A stretch of 64,000 nucleotides of DNA from Candidatus Saccharimonadia bacterium (GCA_035544015.1 DATKIP010000076.1:192299-256298), one strand, 5' to 3'. Counted from the first letter of the stretch, positions 1 to 10,328 are shown. The notes: generated by a model not told the origin, from the letters alone. Numbers and translations: made by a program.

Positions 1-1673
1 TCTACCTAGAGGTAGACGAAGACATCACGTCAGCCATTGATAAGCTGAGTAAATCGGCCGAGCACTCGGTTCAAATCGTCGTACCCAAACGCTCGACGAT
101 GCTGCAGAGCATTATCAACCTCAAACTGCTCAAGAAAGCCGCTGAGCAGGGCGGCAAAGAGCTCGTGCTCGTCACAAACGACCGTATCGCTACCGATCTG
201 GCGGCACGGGTGGGTTTGGCCGTGGCGCCGTCGCTGGGAGCCAAGCCGGTAATTGCCGAAGCCCACATTCCCGATGCGCTCAAGTCGCACGAAGAAGTCA
301 TCGAGGCTGACGATCCCGAACCCCCGCCGCTGCCGGAGTCTACGCCCGAGCCTCCGCCCAAAGCCGCCAAAAAGCCCTTCCTCAAGCGATTAAACGTCAG
401 CGACGGCCCGCCCGCAGCACCGGCCGCCCTAGCCGCCTCGGCGGGAGATGCGGCCCCCGAGCCCGCCGCCAGTGCCAAAAAAACACCCAAAATCCCCAAC
501 TTCCACCGCCTCCAGCGCCGCGTCATGTGGGTAGCCGGTGCCGCGCTGCTCGTGGGCGGGTACGTGCTGGGCATGTACCTCTTTACCACCGCCAAGGTCA
601 CCCTCTACGCCGCCGGGACCAAGGTCAGCATCGACACCACCTTTAGCGTCGACCCCAACCTCAAAACCACCGACCAACCCAAAGCCACCCTGGCCGGCCA
701 GCTCGTCACCGTCACCAAGGACCTCAGCGGGCCATTGACGCCCACGGGCAAAAAAGACGCCGGCACCAAAGCTTCCGGCACTATCGTCGTGTCAAATGAA
801 TACGACACCAGCCCCCACGCCCTCGTGGCCGGCACCCGCTTCCAGGCGCCCGACGGCAAGATCTTCCACAGCCAAGCCGATAGCTCTGTGCCGGGCGCCA
901 CCGTTGGCCTTTCGGGCGGCCAAATCGTGCTCACCCCCGGCAAATCCGACCCCATCGCCGTGGAGGCCGAAACCTCCGGCGACACCTACAATGAAGCGCC
1001 CGCGCGCTACACAATCCCCGGCTACAGCGCGGCCATGCAGGCCAAAATTTACGGCCAGGGCGCGCAAATGAACGGCGGCACCACCAAAACCGTCACCATC
1101 GTAGCCCAATCCGATGTCGATACCGAGAAGGCCGCCCTGCTCGACAAAGACAAAGACAACGCCACCCGCGATCTGGGCGGCAAAGTCCCCAGCGGCTACG
1201 TCGCATTGCCGTCGTCGCAGGCCACCGCGACCACCACTGTGACTCCCTCGCCGGCCGTCGGCGCCGAAGGCGACACCGGCACCCTCGCGATCAAAGTTAG
1301 CTACACCGTACTGGCCGTCAAAAAATCCGAATACGAGGCCCTCATCCATGCCCAGGAGCAAAAGCAGGTCGGCGACAAAAACCAAATTTACGACGACGGC
1401 CTCAGCGCCGCCCAGGTGACCGTCACGGGCGACAAAGATGCTACCGGGCGCCAAAGTTTCCACCTCACCACTGAGGCCTATGGCGGCGCCAAGCTCGACA
1501 AAACCGCCATCGCCGCCAAGCTCAAAGGCCAGCGTTACGGCGACGCCTCCAATATCGCCAGCGGCCTGCCGGGCGTCACCCGCGCCGAGATCAGCCTTTG
1601 GCCGGCGTGGGTCGCGAGCTTGCCCTCCCGACCTGATAAAATAACTATCACGATCCAGGTCGCTTCCAAATAA
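1..1673 (+). CDS. CPR-type conserved membrane protein with baseplate-J-like extracellular region (5' partial)
   Basis: Frame is open from position 3 (YLEVDEDITSAIDKL...VPKRSTMLQSIINLKLLKK), so the start lies before the window; Pro-rich linker, one TM segment, then beta-rich domain; sits before ruvX-mltG. Confidence 0.65.
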   Translation, partial: YLEVDEDITSAIDKLSKSAEHSVQIVVPKRSTMLQSIINLKLLKKAAEQGGKELVLVTNDRIATDLAARVGLAVAPSLGAKPVIAEAHIPDALKSHEEVIEADDPEPPPLPESTPEPPPKAAKKPFLKRLNVSDGPPAAPAALAASAGDAAPEPAASAKKTPKIPNFHRLQRRVMWVAGAALLVGGYVLGMYLFTTAKVTLYAAGTKVSIDTTFSVDPNLKTTDQPKATLAGQLVTVTKDLSGPLTPTGKKDAGTKASGTIVVSNEYDTSPHALVAGTRFQAPDGKIFHSQADSSVPGATVGLSGGQIVLTPGKSDPIAVEAETSGDTYNEAPARYTIPGYSAAMQAKIYGQGAQMNGGTTKTVTIVAQSDVDTEKAALLDKDKDNATRDLGGKVPSGYVALPSSQATATTTVTPSPAVGAEGDTGTLAIKVSYTVLAVKKSEYEALIHAQEQKQVGDKNQIYDDGLSAAQVTVTGDKDATGRQSFHLTTEAYGGAKLDKTAIAAKLKGQRYGDASNIASGLPGVTRAEISLWPAWVASLPSRPDKITITIQVASK

Positions 1674-1692
1674 CCTCAGGGGAATCATCACC

Positions 1693-2082
1693 GTGGCCAA
1701 ATATCTCGGCATCGATTACGGCACCAAGCGCGTCGGTCTCGCCACGGCCGACGCCGACGCCAAGGTAGCCACCCCGCTCACGGCCGTGGCGCCCCACGAG
1801 CTGGCCGTGGCCATTGAGCGCGAGGGGCCGTTTGAGGCCGTGGTGGTGGGCCTGCCGCGCGGCCTCGACGGCCAAGACACGCCCCAGACCCTGGCCGTGC
1901 GGCGCTTCAGCGACGACGTGCTATGGCGCCGGCTCCATCTGGAGCCAGTGTTCCAAGACGAAGCCGGCACCTCGGCCCTAGCCGAGGACCGTCTCAAAGA
2001 ATCCGGTAAGCCGTACAACAAAGGCGACATCGATTCCGCCGCCGCCGCCCTCATTTTGCAAGATTACCTCGACACCCTATGA
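1693..2082 (+). CDS. ruvX: Holliday junction resolvase-like / pre-16S rRNA nuclease YqgF
   Basis: LGIDYGTKRVGLA, VVGLP, DEAGTS and DSAAAALILQDYL motifs. Confidence 0.92.
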   Translation: MAKYLGIDYGTKRVGLATADADAKVATPLTAVAPHELAVAIEREGPFEAVVVGLPRGLDGQDTPQTLAVRRFSDDVLWRRLHLEPVFQDEAGTSALAEDRLKESGKPYNKGDIDSAAAALILQDYLDTL

Positions 2083-3077
2083 TCAAGCGCCGTTCACATC
2101 GCCGTTCTATCATTACGGCCGTAGCCGTGGTCGGCATGATTCTAACCTGCGGCCTCTATCTGGGCTACCGGCTGCAGCTGCGCCCCGTAGCCGCCACTGG
2201 TCCCGCCAAAGAATTCGCCGTGGCGGCCGGCGACAATGCGCCCCGCATTGCCCAGCACCTCCTCGACGCCGGCCTCATCCGGGATCGCACGGCCTTCGTC
2301 ACCTACGTCAATTTCCATGGTCTCCGGCCGCGGCTCAAGGTCGGCCGGTACCTTCTCGCCCCCACCCAGTCCGCCGATCAAATCGCCGACACCCTCGCCA
2401 GCGGCCACACTCTCACCAAGCGCCTTACCGTCCCCGAGGGCTACCGCCTAACCCAAATCGAAACCGCGGCCGCCGCTGTCGGCATCAGCCAGGCCGATTT
2501 TAAGGCCGCCCTCAGCGCCCCCCACGCGCAGAGCTTCCTGACCGGCAAACCCGCCTCGGTCGACCTCGAAGGCTATCTCTTTCCCGATTCGTACCAAATC
2601 GACAGTACCACCACTGCCACCACACTCGTAAACGACATGCTCGACACCTTCGGCAAACGGGTCGGCCCCGAATATGTGCAAACGTTTACCGCCGAAGGTC
2701 TCACCCTCCACCAGGGCCTCACGCTAGCCTCCATGGTGGAACGCGAGGTCAACATTCCGGCCGACCGCCCCATCGTCGCCCAAATTTTCCTCAAACGCCT
2801 GCGCCTGGGCCAAACTCTCGGCTCCGACGTCACCGCCCATTACGCCGCCGAACTCCTCGGGGTGCCATTTAGCGTGGACATCGACTCGCACTACAACACC
2901 CGCCGCTACCCCGGCCTGCCACCAGGCCCCATTTGCAGCCCCGGCCTCAGCGCGCTCGACGCCGCCGCTCACCCCGCCGCCACCGATTACCTCTTCTTTC
3001 TCAGCGGCAAGGACGGCAAAACCTACTTTGCCAAAACCCTCGCCGAGCACAACCAAAACATCGCCAAGCATTTGTAA
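2079..3077 (+). CDS. mltG: Endolytic transglycosylase MltG
   Basis: N-terminal TM; TVPEG, LEGYLFPDSY, LASMVERE, YNTRRYPGLPPGPICSPG, YLFF motifs. Confidence 0.95.
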   Translation: MIKRRSHRRSIITAVAVVGMILTCGLYLGYRLQLRPVAATGPAKEFAVAAGDNAPRIAQHLLDAGLIRDRTAFVTYVNFHGLRPRLKVGRYLLAPTQSADQIADTLASGHTLTKRLTVPEGYRLTQIETAAAAVGISQADFKAALSAPHAQSFLTGKPASVDLEGYLFPDSYQIDSTTTATTLVNDMLDTFGKRVGPEYVQTFTAEGLTLHQGLTLASMVEREVNIPADRPIVAQIFLKRLRLGQTLGSDVTAHYAAELLGVPFSVDIDSHYNTRRYPGLPPGPICSPGLSALDAAAHPAATDYLFFLSGKDGKTYFAKTLAEHNQNIAKHL

Positions 3078-3089
3078 TCTTGAATCTCA

Positions 3090-3116
3090 GACCCCAGCCA
3101 TTCAGTCTGGGGTTTA
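3090..3116 (+). terminator. Putative intrinsic terminator after mltG
   Basis: ACCCCAG-loop-CTGGGGT stem followed by TT. Confidence 0.45.
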
Positions 3117-3334
3117 TCCTCCTCGCTCTGCGTATCGGTGATTTTTGACACAAAGTGTCATTTTTTACCGATGCACTTAATCTAAGGTACAAGGCGTGAG
3201 CTTCCGAGATCCTGGCTTTACGGCTATTGACGTTATGAGTAGTTTATTGTTATATATAACACGTTCCGTCTGACCCAGCACGCCCACCCAGGGCATCGCC
3301 AGACGGACACCGTACCCCGAACCTGGAGGTTCGC

Positions 3335-3886
3335 ATGACATCCAGCTCCCCGACCGACCCGGCTGGCGGCCCCCACGCACCCGGCGACGCCAGTATGCCC
3401 ACCGGTATCGGCGCCCTCCTCGGGGGCTTCATCGACCACGCGCTTCAGACGGTCGCCACCGTGGCCGGCCTGCCGACTCCGACCCCAACCTCGGCCGGTC
3501 CGCCAACCCCGCCCGCACCGCCGAGCCCGAGGGACCTGTTCCTCGATGTGGTCATGGCCGCGGCCGTGGTCGTCATCGCCCCCGGCCAGGCCGTCTGCGG
3601 CAACTGCTACGAGCTAGTGCCCCAGCCGCCCGACATTCCACGCGACGTGGGCACAGTGACCTGTGACCACTGCGGCATCCACTTCTGGGCCATCCTCGTC
3701 CTCGAAGGGCAAGACGTCACGGCCACGCAGGTGGTGGCATTGTCGAGAGCCTGGAACTTGCTGTTCCTCGGGGCCGCGCGTCTGTTGCCGCCCAGTACTG
3801 GCCGGCGCTACCGGCTCGCTCGGGCCTGGATAGGCGACAGGCCGGTCGGCATCGTGACGCCCGACCCGAACAACCCCACCTCCTGA
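3335..3886 (+). CDS. Hypothetical protein with zinc-ribbon-like motif
   Basis: GGAGG RBS upstream; CGNC...CDHC cysteine pairs; Pro-rich N-terminus. Confidence 0.5.
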   Translation: MTSSSPTDPAGGPHAPGDASMPTGIGALLGGFIDHALQTVATVAGLPTPTPTSAGPPTPPAPPSPRDLFLDVVMAAAVVVIAPGQAVCGNCYELVPQPPDIPRDVGTVTCDHCGIHFWAILVLEGQDVTATQVVALSRAWNLLFLGAARLLPPSTGRRYRLARAWIGDRPVGIVTPDPNNPTS

Positions 3887-4220
3887 GTCCGGGACCCTCG
3901 CCCCGCGCCGCTGTGCGCGCGGGGCGAGGCCCATCCCAAGTTTTCAAGTTAATTGAAGATTTAGGACGGGCAAATTTCCCGGCCAAAAGCCACAAAACTA
4001 CTAAGCCAAGCACTATCAGGCTCGGATTTGACATATAGCAAACCTGTGCTAGTGGTCGAAGCCCCGAAAAATCAGCCGTTTTTCACCTCATTTTTTGGGC
4101 CTTATCACGCCTGGGGCTCGGTTGACACTCATATGGACCCGAATTAGACTACGAAAGTAAATTGATAAGCGTGAGCACTATCGGTTTACTACTCGCACCG
4201 TCGACACGAAGCATTAACCA

Positions 4221-4339
4221 GGTCGAAATACTTCTGCCCTCAAATCTGAGGGGAAGGACGGACTGCCAGTAGTTCCTCGCGCACTCGCGAGATGGAGAAA
4301 CATTATTAGTAGAGATGCCCTTAGCGTCTCCCTCGATCA
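4221..4339 (+). ncRNA. Structured cis-regulatory leader, probably the lysM-TM7 RNA motif
   Basis: Hairpins CCCTCA/TGAGGG, CTCGCG/CGCGAG and GAGATGC/GCGTCTC, closed by GGTCGA/TCGATC, just upstream of a LysM+CHAP gene; this is the described context of lysM-TM7. Confidence 0.55.
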
Positions 4340-4346
4340 ATTCCCT

Positions 4347-5519
4347 ATGGGCCAAATCGCCCCGGGAGTCGGAGACACGTCAGAGCCATTTTCGAACATA
4401 AAAACTCCCGCAGCCCCAAAGACACGCCGAGCTGCCTCTAAATTCGAAATTACCACCGCTATCGCTAAAAATTCGCTAGCGGCGGCCCACCTGCTGCGCC
4501 AGGGCTATCGCCCGCGCTATCTCGCCCACCTCGGTTTTCTCGGTGCCGCGGCGTTTCTCGTGATCGGCAATAGCCCCGACCGAGCTCATTCAGTATCGGT
4601 GCGCCTCATGTCGGCCCAGGCCGGCGCGAGCTCCACGCTCGACGCCGCCGCGACCGCCAGCATGGCCGCCGACATCGCCGCCAAAAGCCAGCTGATGGTC
4701 GCCGAAGATGCTACCAAAACCGCCACCACCAAGAGCCAGCAAGTAGCCCTGCTCACCGCCGACGACAATGCACTGGCCAAACGCCAGGTCGTTTCCACGG
4801 CCGGCAACGCCACGCGCGACATCATCACCTACGCCGTCCAGCCGGGCGACACGCTTTCGGACGTGGCCGGTAAATTTGGCATCACCAGCGCCACCATCAA
4901 ATGGGCCAACAACCTCGACGACGCCGACATGATCAAGCCCGGCCAGGTGCTCACCATTCTGCCCGTCAGCGGCCTCGAGTATACCGTGCAGGCCGGCGAC
5001 ACCCCCGACAGCATCGCCGCAGCCTACAGTGCCAACGCTGCCCAAATCTTGTCGTTTAACAACGCCGAGGTCAAAGGTCTCGCCGCCGGCTTGAAGATTA
5101 TCGTGCCCGACGGCGTCAAACAAGAGGCGCCCAAAGCCGCCCCGGCCGTCACCAACAAATACAGCCGCGTCGCCGGTGCCGCTACCGTCTCGCCCACGCT
5201 CACCCGCTTCGCTTTCAGCGGCAACGGCTACTCTGTTGGCTACTGCACCTACTACGTGGCCTCCCGCCGCGCCGTGCCCTCAAACTGGGGCAACGCCGTC
5301 AGCTGGTACTACAACGCCCAGGCCTCCGGCTTCGGCGTCGGCTCCACGCCCGTGCCCGGCGCCATCGCTTGGAGCGGCGCCGGCTACTACGGCCACGTCG
5401 CCTATGTGGAATCCGTCTCCGGCGGCATGGTCACCGTCAGCGAAATGAACTACAACGGTGGCTGGAACCGGGTCAGCACCCGCACGGTATCTGCCGGCAC
5501 CTTCCGCTACATCTTCTAG
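4347..5519 (+). CDS. LysM (x2) and CHAP domain peptidoglycan hydrolase
   Basis: YAVQPGDTLSDVA and YTVQAGDT LysM repeats; CHAP motifs GYCTYYV, WGNA, YGHVAYVE, VSEMNY. Confidence 0.92.
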   Translation: MGQIAPGVGDTSEPFSNIKTPAAPKTRRAASKFEITTAIAKNSLAAAHLLRQGYRPRYLAHLGFLGAAAFLVIGNSPDRAHSVSVRLMSAQAGASSTLDAAATASMAADIAAKSQLMVAEDATKTATTKSQQVALLTADDNALAKRQVVSTAGNATRDIITYAVQPGDTLSDVAGKFGITSATIKWANNLDDADMIKPGQVLTILPVSGLEYTVQAGDTPDSIAAAYSANAAQILSFNNAEVKGLAAGLKIIVPDGVKQEAPKAAPAVTNKYSRVAGAATVSPTLTRFAFSGNGYSVGYCTYYVASRRAVPSNWGNAVSWYYNAQASGFGVGSTPVPGAIAWSGAGYYGHVAYVESVSGGMVTVSEMNYNGGWNRVSTRTVSAGTFRYIF

Positions 5520-5834
5520 TACCGCAAACCCAGCCGCTCCTTGGCGAGCCGCCTGTTCGTGTGCGCGTGCCGTCCCGGCCAGAGCCCGCCGTCCGGCCTC
5601 TGTGATACGATACAATTTGCGCCCGGCGTGAATCTCTGACTCACCCCACCGCTCAATCAAACCATCCCGCTCCAGGATTTTAAGAGTAGCGTATAAGCTG
5701 CTGGGGCGCAGATATACTCCGCCGACACTATCGCCAATTAACCTACCGGCCACCGCATAGCCATGCCCCGGTTCCTCCGCCAATGCCAACAGTACGAAAT
5801 ATTGAGCAGTCTCAAGCACGCCCGGTTTACTCAT
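5516..5834 (-). CDS. PadR family transcriptional regulator (probable frameshift near C-terminus; as read the ORF runs on to 5280)
   Basis: VLLALAEEPGHGY, SLYATLKILERDGLI, RKLYRITEAGR; the alternative frame gives RLAKERLGLRY* ending at 5516. Confidence 0.75.
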
Positions 5835-5840
5835 GCGGCC

Positions 5841-6040
5841 GCACTATTCCATTTTTTGGACTAATAAAAGCTCAGCCGCAATCAGCGCTTGTTTTAGCCA
5901 TAATTCTGGAGAATCTTGAAAATTTTACTAACTCACTGGCCGGTCAGGCTCACACTCCAGCCAGCTGCGCTCTCGCTGCCCCCTCCAACCCCGGCAGAGA
6001 AAACTACTCTCATCGACTACTCCAAAAACTGGAATAGTGC
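5841..6040. repeat. 200-bp element bounded by 25-bp imperfect inverted repeats
   Basis: GCACTATTCCATTTTTTGGACTAAT (5841-5865) matches the reverse complement of 6016-6040 at 22/25 positions. Confidence 0.7.
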
Positions 6041-6191
6041 CACCATGCATGCCCCCGCATCAATGAGCCCCACAAAAAAATCGCCCGAAATGAGCGATCA
6101 AAAATAATAATTCAGTGGTGGCCGCGGCCAGGTTGCGACGAATCGCTTCCTGACCGCGGCGCACCCGCATCTCGCCGTCCCGGCCTTGCCC

Positions 6192-6545
6192 CTACAGGGG
6201 CGGCAGGGCTTCCAAGCGCGGCTGGGACGCAGCGTTGCGTGCCCGGCGACGGGTTGCCCACACGGGGCGACGGTGGTGGTTGAGGATGACAAGCCCGCGA
6301 AAGGCGAGGGCCGCAAGTGCGGCCCACAGCAGGCCATGCCCGATTGAGTCGCCAAATTGAATCGGCGGCATGCCGTCATGCGTTGTCCACCACGCCTGAG
6401 CGTGGAAAGAAACGCGGACAGCGATCGCGAAGGGCAGGCAGATGAATGTGGCGGTGTACCACCGCACCAGCTGGGCTGCCAGCCAGCTCGCCCACCCCGG
6501 TATGGATTTGGCGGCTAACTTGGCTTCGTGAACGGTCTGGCTCAT
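6192..6545 (-). CDS. Hypothetical membrane protein
   Basis: GGGGGGAAG RBS upstream; two hydrophobic segments. Confidence 0.5.
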   Translation of the reverse strand: MSQTVHEAKLAAKSIPGWASWLAAQLVRWYTATFICLPFAIAVRVSFHAQAWWTTHDGMPPIQFGDSIGHGLLWAALAALAFRGLVILNHHRRPVWATRRRARNAASQPRLEALPPL

Positions 6546-6705
6546 TGCTTCCCCCCGGAACCAACGTTGTTTGCAGCGCGCTGGGTGCGCGTGCAGAGGT
6601 GCGAGTGCTCTGAAGCCGGCAAAACCGACCGCAGAGCCATATTATAGCACATTAAAGCAAAAAATGCTAGATTTATCCCCAGACTTCTGCTATGGTAAGG
6701 GCACA

Positions 6706-7974
6706 ATGTTTGTAGATACCGCCACAATTGAAGTCAAAGCGGGCAAGGGCGGCGATGGCCGTTCGAGCTTTCGGCACGAAAAATACCGTGCTATGGGCGG
6801 CCCCGACGGCGGCGACGGCGGCCGCGGCGGCAATATCATCGTGCGCGTCGATCACAATCTCAACACCCTCGTCGCCTACCGCAACGCCAAAACCTTGCGC
6901 GCCGAGAGCGGCCAGCCCGGGGGCGGCAACCGCATGCACGGCAAAAACGGCGAAGACCAGATCGTGCCCGTCCCGCAAGGCACCCAGCTGTGGGAGGGCG
7001 AGCAACTCCTGGCCGACCTCACCGGCCCCGCCGATGAACTCATCATCGCCAAAGGCGGCCGCGGTGGCTTTGGCAACGCGCACTTCAAATCCAGCACCCG
7101 CCAGGCGCCACGCAACGCCGAGCTCGGCGACCCCGGCGAGGCCCACAACCTCCGCCTCGAGCTCAAAATGGTCGCCGACGTCGGCCTTGTAGGCCTGCCC
7201 AACGCCGGCAAATCCACGCTGCTGTCGGTCATCTCCAACGCCAAGCCCGAAATCGCCGATTATCCCTTCACCACCCTCGTGCCCAACCTCGGCGTGGTCG
7301 ACGTCGACGACTTCGGCTTCCTCGTCGCCGACATCCCCGGCCTCATCGAAGGCGCCAGCGAGGGCAAAGGCCTCGGCGACGAATTCCTGCGCCACATCGA
7401 GCGCACTGCCGTGCTACTGCACCTCGTGGATGCCGGCACCGCCGATCCCGTCGCCGACTACCGCGTGATTCAGTCTGAACTGGCGCAGTATCAGGTCGAC
7501 CTCTCGCTCAAGCCCCAGCTCGTCGTCATCACCAAGGTCGAAACCGTCGACCAGCCCACGCTCACAGCCGTCACCAAGGCCATCAAAAAAGTTGCCAAAT
7601 CTACCCCCCTCTTCGCCATTTCTGCCCAGGCGCATCAAGGCCTGCTCGAGGTTTTGCGCGCCGCTGCCGAGCTCGTGAAGGCCGCCCGCACGCAGCGCGC
7701 CGCCGAGCTCGCCGAGGCCGTCGTGCCCATCATCGACACTGTCGATTCGCCCGACTTTTGGCGCGTGGCGGCCGACGGCCCGGGCGCCTGGCGCGTCACC
7801 GGCGAGCGCATCGAGGGCTTCGCCCGCCGCACCAACTTCGATCAAGACGACGGCATCCGCCGCCTGCGCGACATCCTCGCCAAAATGGGCATCGCCGCCG
7901 CGCTCCGCCGCCAAGGCGCCCAGGACGGCGACACCATTCGCATCGGCGACACCGAACTCGCCTGGCTCGATTAG
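6706..7974 (+). CDS. obgE: GTPase ObgE/CgtA
   Basis: MFVD start, Gly-rich Obg fold, GLPNAGKS, DYPFTTLVPNLG, DIPG, C-terminal DUF1967-like domain. Confidence 0.97.
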   Translation: MFVDTATIEVKAGKGGDGRSSFRHEKYRAMGGPDGGDGGRGGNIIVRVDHNLNTLVAYRNAKTLRAESGQPGGGNRMHGKNGEDQIVPVPQGTQLWEGEQLLADLTGPADELIIAKGGRGGFGNAHFKSSTRQAPRNAELGDPGEAHNLRLELKMVADVGLVGLPNAGKSTLLSVISNAKPEIADYPFTTLVPNLGVVDVDDFGFLVADIPGLIEGASEGKGLGDEFLRHIERTAVLLHLVDAGTADPVADYRVIQSELAQYQVDLSLKPQLVVITKVETVDQPTLTAVTKAIKKVAKSTPLFAISAQAHQGLLEVLRAAAELVKAARTQRAAELAEAVVPIIDTVDSPDFWRVAADGPGAWRVTGERIEGFARRTNFDQDDGIRRLRDILAKMGIAAALRRQGAQDGDTIRIGDTELAWLD

Positions 7975-8020
7975 AGCATTAATGGTATAATCCCCCGGTT
8001 GTAAAGCAACCGTTAGAAGT

Positions 8021-9850
8021 ATGCCCAGATCCAAACTCAAAACCTACCATACCAAGCAGACCATTAGCCTGTTCTGGCGCCATGTTCGGCGTTACCCAGG
8101 CTATTTGTGGCCTCTCCTTGCGATCATCCCGTTCAACATTATGATCGCTGACTTTGCCATGCCCTACATCACCTCCGTCATCTTGGGCCGCCTCAGTACC
8201 GGGCATTACGACCCCGTCAATTTGTGGGGCAGCTTCGGCCCGCTGCTGCTGCTCTACGCCGCCGGTAGCCTCGCCACCGGGATCATTGGCTGGCGCGTGG
8301 CCATCTGGCTCATCTGGAATCTCGAGCTCAACGCCGCGCGCGACATCACCCAGCGCGTGTTCAACCACCTTATGAACCAAAGCGCCGGCTTCCACTCCAA
8401 CCGGTTCGGCGGCTCGCTCGTGTCGCAGGCCGGCAAGCTCACCGGTTCGTATGTGCGCGTCGCCGACGCCACCGCCTTTAGTCTCATTCCGCTGATCGTG
8501 AGCATCATTGCGACGGCCGTCATTTTGACGCCGCGCGCACCGATGTTTGTGGCCGTGCTGCTGCTGTTTTCGGCGCTCTACATCGGCGGCACCCTCATCT
8601 ATTCGCGGGCCGTGCGCGTCGCCAATGCCGAAGAATCCACGCTCCAAAGCACCCAAACCGGCTACCTAGCCGACAGCATCACCAACGTGTTCGCTGTCAA
8701 AACCTTTGCCCGCGCAACCCACGAACAGCGCCGCTACGCCGAAATCACCGAGCGCGTGCGCCAGGCCGGCCGCCGCTCGATGCGCGCCACGCTGCTGCGC
8801 GAAAATTACGCCGCCATCATCACCCAGACCATCAGTGTATTAGCCTTATTCGTGGCCGTCATTGGCGTGGGGGTGCTGCGCGCCGACGTCGCCACCATCT
8901 TCCTCATGGTCAGCTACACCACCTCGCTTAGTAGTCGTCTCTGGGAGTTCCAAAACGTGCTACGCCAATACAACCGTGCCCTCGGCGACGCCAGCGACAT
9001 GGTGGGCATTTTGCAAATCGAGCCGAGCATCAAAGACCCCGCCCGGCCCGAGCCCTCGCGCCTGCACGCCGGCGAAATCGTCTTCCGCAATATGACCTTC
9101 ACCCACGGCGAATCCGATGACCCCCTGTTTGAAAACCTCAACCTGCACATCGCGCCGGGTGAAAAAATCGGCCTCGTGGGTCGTTCCGGCTCGGGCAAAA
9201 CCACCCTCACCCGGCTGCTGCTGCGTTTCTCCGACCTCGACTCCGGCAGCATCATTATCGACGGCCAAAACATCACGGCCGTCACCCAAGACAACCTGCG
9301 CCGCGCCATTAGCTACGTGCCGCAGGAGCCGCTGCTGTTCCACCGCTCCCTGCGCGAAAACATCGCCTACGGCAAGCCATCAGCCACCAAAGCCGAAATC
9401 GAGCGCGCCTCCGACCGCGCTCACGCCGCCGAGTTCATCCACAAGCTCCCCCAAGGCTACGACACCATGGTGGGGGAGCGCGGCGTCAAGCTCAGTGGCG
9501 GCCAGCGCCAACGCGTGGCCATCGCCCGCGCCATGCTCAAGGATGCGCCGATCCTGGTGCTCGACGAAGCCACCTCCGCGCTCGACAGCGAGTCCGAAAA
9601 GCTCATCCAAGACGCCTTGTGGCGGCTCATGGAAGGCCGCACCGCCATCGTCATCGCTCACCGCCTCAGCACCATCCAGCGCATGGACCGCATTGTGGTG
9701 CTCGAAGCCGGCCGCATCATCGAGCAAGGCTCGCACGCCGAGCTCATTGCCGCCGGCGGCCAGTATGCCGCGCTCTGGAGCCACCAATCCGGCGGCTTTA
9801 TCGACGAAGAGACCGACGCCGATGCCGCCGCAGCGCCACCAGCCCACTAA
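8021..9850 (+). CDS. ABC transporter, fused permease/ATP-binding (exporter)
   Basis: Multi-TM N-terminal half; GRSGSGKT, LSGGQRQR, LDEATSALD, IAHRLST. Confidence 0.95.
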   Translation: MPRSKLKTYHTKQTISLFWRHVRRYPGYLWPLLAIIPFNIMIADFAMPYITSVILGRLSTGHYDPVNLWGSFGPLLLLYAAGSLATGIIGWRVAIWLIWNLELNAARDITQRVFNHLMNQSAGFHSNRFGGSLVSQAGKLTGSYVRVADATAFSLIPLIVSIIATAVILTPRAPMFVAVLLLFSALYIGGTLIYSRAVRVANAEESTLQSTQTGYLADSITNVFAVKTFARATHEQRRYAEITERVRQAGRRSMRATLLRENYAAIITQTISVLALFVAVIGVGVLRADVATIFLMVSYTTSLSSRLWEFQNVLRQYNRALGDASDMVGILQIEPSIKDPARPEPSRLHAGEIVFRNMTFTHGESDDPLFENLNLHIAPGEKIGLVGRSGSGKTTLTRLLLRFSDLDSGSIIIDGQNITAVTQDNLRRAISYVPQEPLLFHRSLRENIAYGKPSATKAEIERASDRAHAAEFIHKLPQGYDTMVGERGVKLSGGQRQRVAIARAMLKDAPILVLDEATSALDSESEKLIQDALWRLMEGRTAIVIAHRLSTIQRMDRIVVLEAGRIIEQGSHAELIAAGGQYAALWSHQSGGFIDEETDADAAAAPPAH

Positions 9851-10229
9851 CGACCGCCGCCACCATCACCACCCCAAACGAATAAAACCACAGCACGCCC
9901 AGCACAAGCGGCAGGTACTCGGCGCCCGAACCACCCCGCGCCGCCACGCCGTACGCCGACCCCAGGAGGTACCCGCTAAACCCCGCCAGCGGCAAATAAT
10001 ACAGCCCCGGCCCCCAAATATCGTTCACGGGTAGGCGCCTGCGCCGCCGGCGAGCGGCCAGCGCCACTACCCCCTGCGCCAGCAGCAGCGGCACCACGCC
10101 GAGCAGCCCAAACAGCATCACCACATCAAACGTCCCCGGCAGCCATTGGGCCGGCCGGCCCGGCGCCGCCAGCACAAATCCCGCCAGCGCGCACAGAGGA
10201 GTACCGATCAAAACAATCTTACGCAGCAT
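9798..10229 (-). CDS. Hypothetical 4-TM membrane protein
   Basis: AGGGGGA RBS before ATG; four hydrophobic segments. Confidence 0.55.
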   Translation of the reverse strand: MLRKIVLIGTPLCALAGFVLAAPGRPAQWLPGTFDVVMLFGLLGVVPLLLAQGVVALAARRRRRRLPVNDIWGPGLYYLPLAGFSGYLLGSAYGVAARGGSGAEYLPLVLGVLWFYSFGVVMVAAVVSGLVALRRHRRRSLRR

Positions 10230-10328
10230 ATCCCCCTGAGCATAAGCTTTATCCGGCCGGCCCGCAATCACCCTCGTTCATTGACGCGGCGCTCCATACC
10301 AGGCACAATAAATCAGTCCAATTATCTC

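Noticed and set aside
1-1673. Prophage suggested by the baseplate-J-like gene (and by the beta-helix gene at the other end)
   Set aside because: No capsid, terminase, portal or integrase genes; the first gene sits in a housekeeping context
3082-3100. GAATCTCAGACCCCAGCCA resembling the tRNA-Gln 3' end, and a similar 9-mer at 29491
   Set aside because: The first forms one arm of a terminator stem; both are far from the tRNA and the 9-mer also occurs in coding DNA (29167), so chance cannot be excluded
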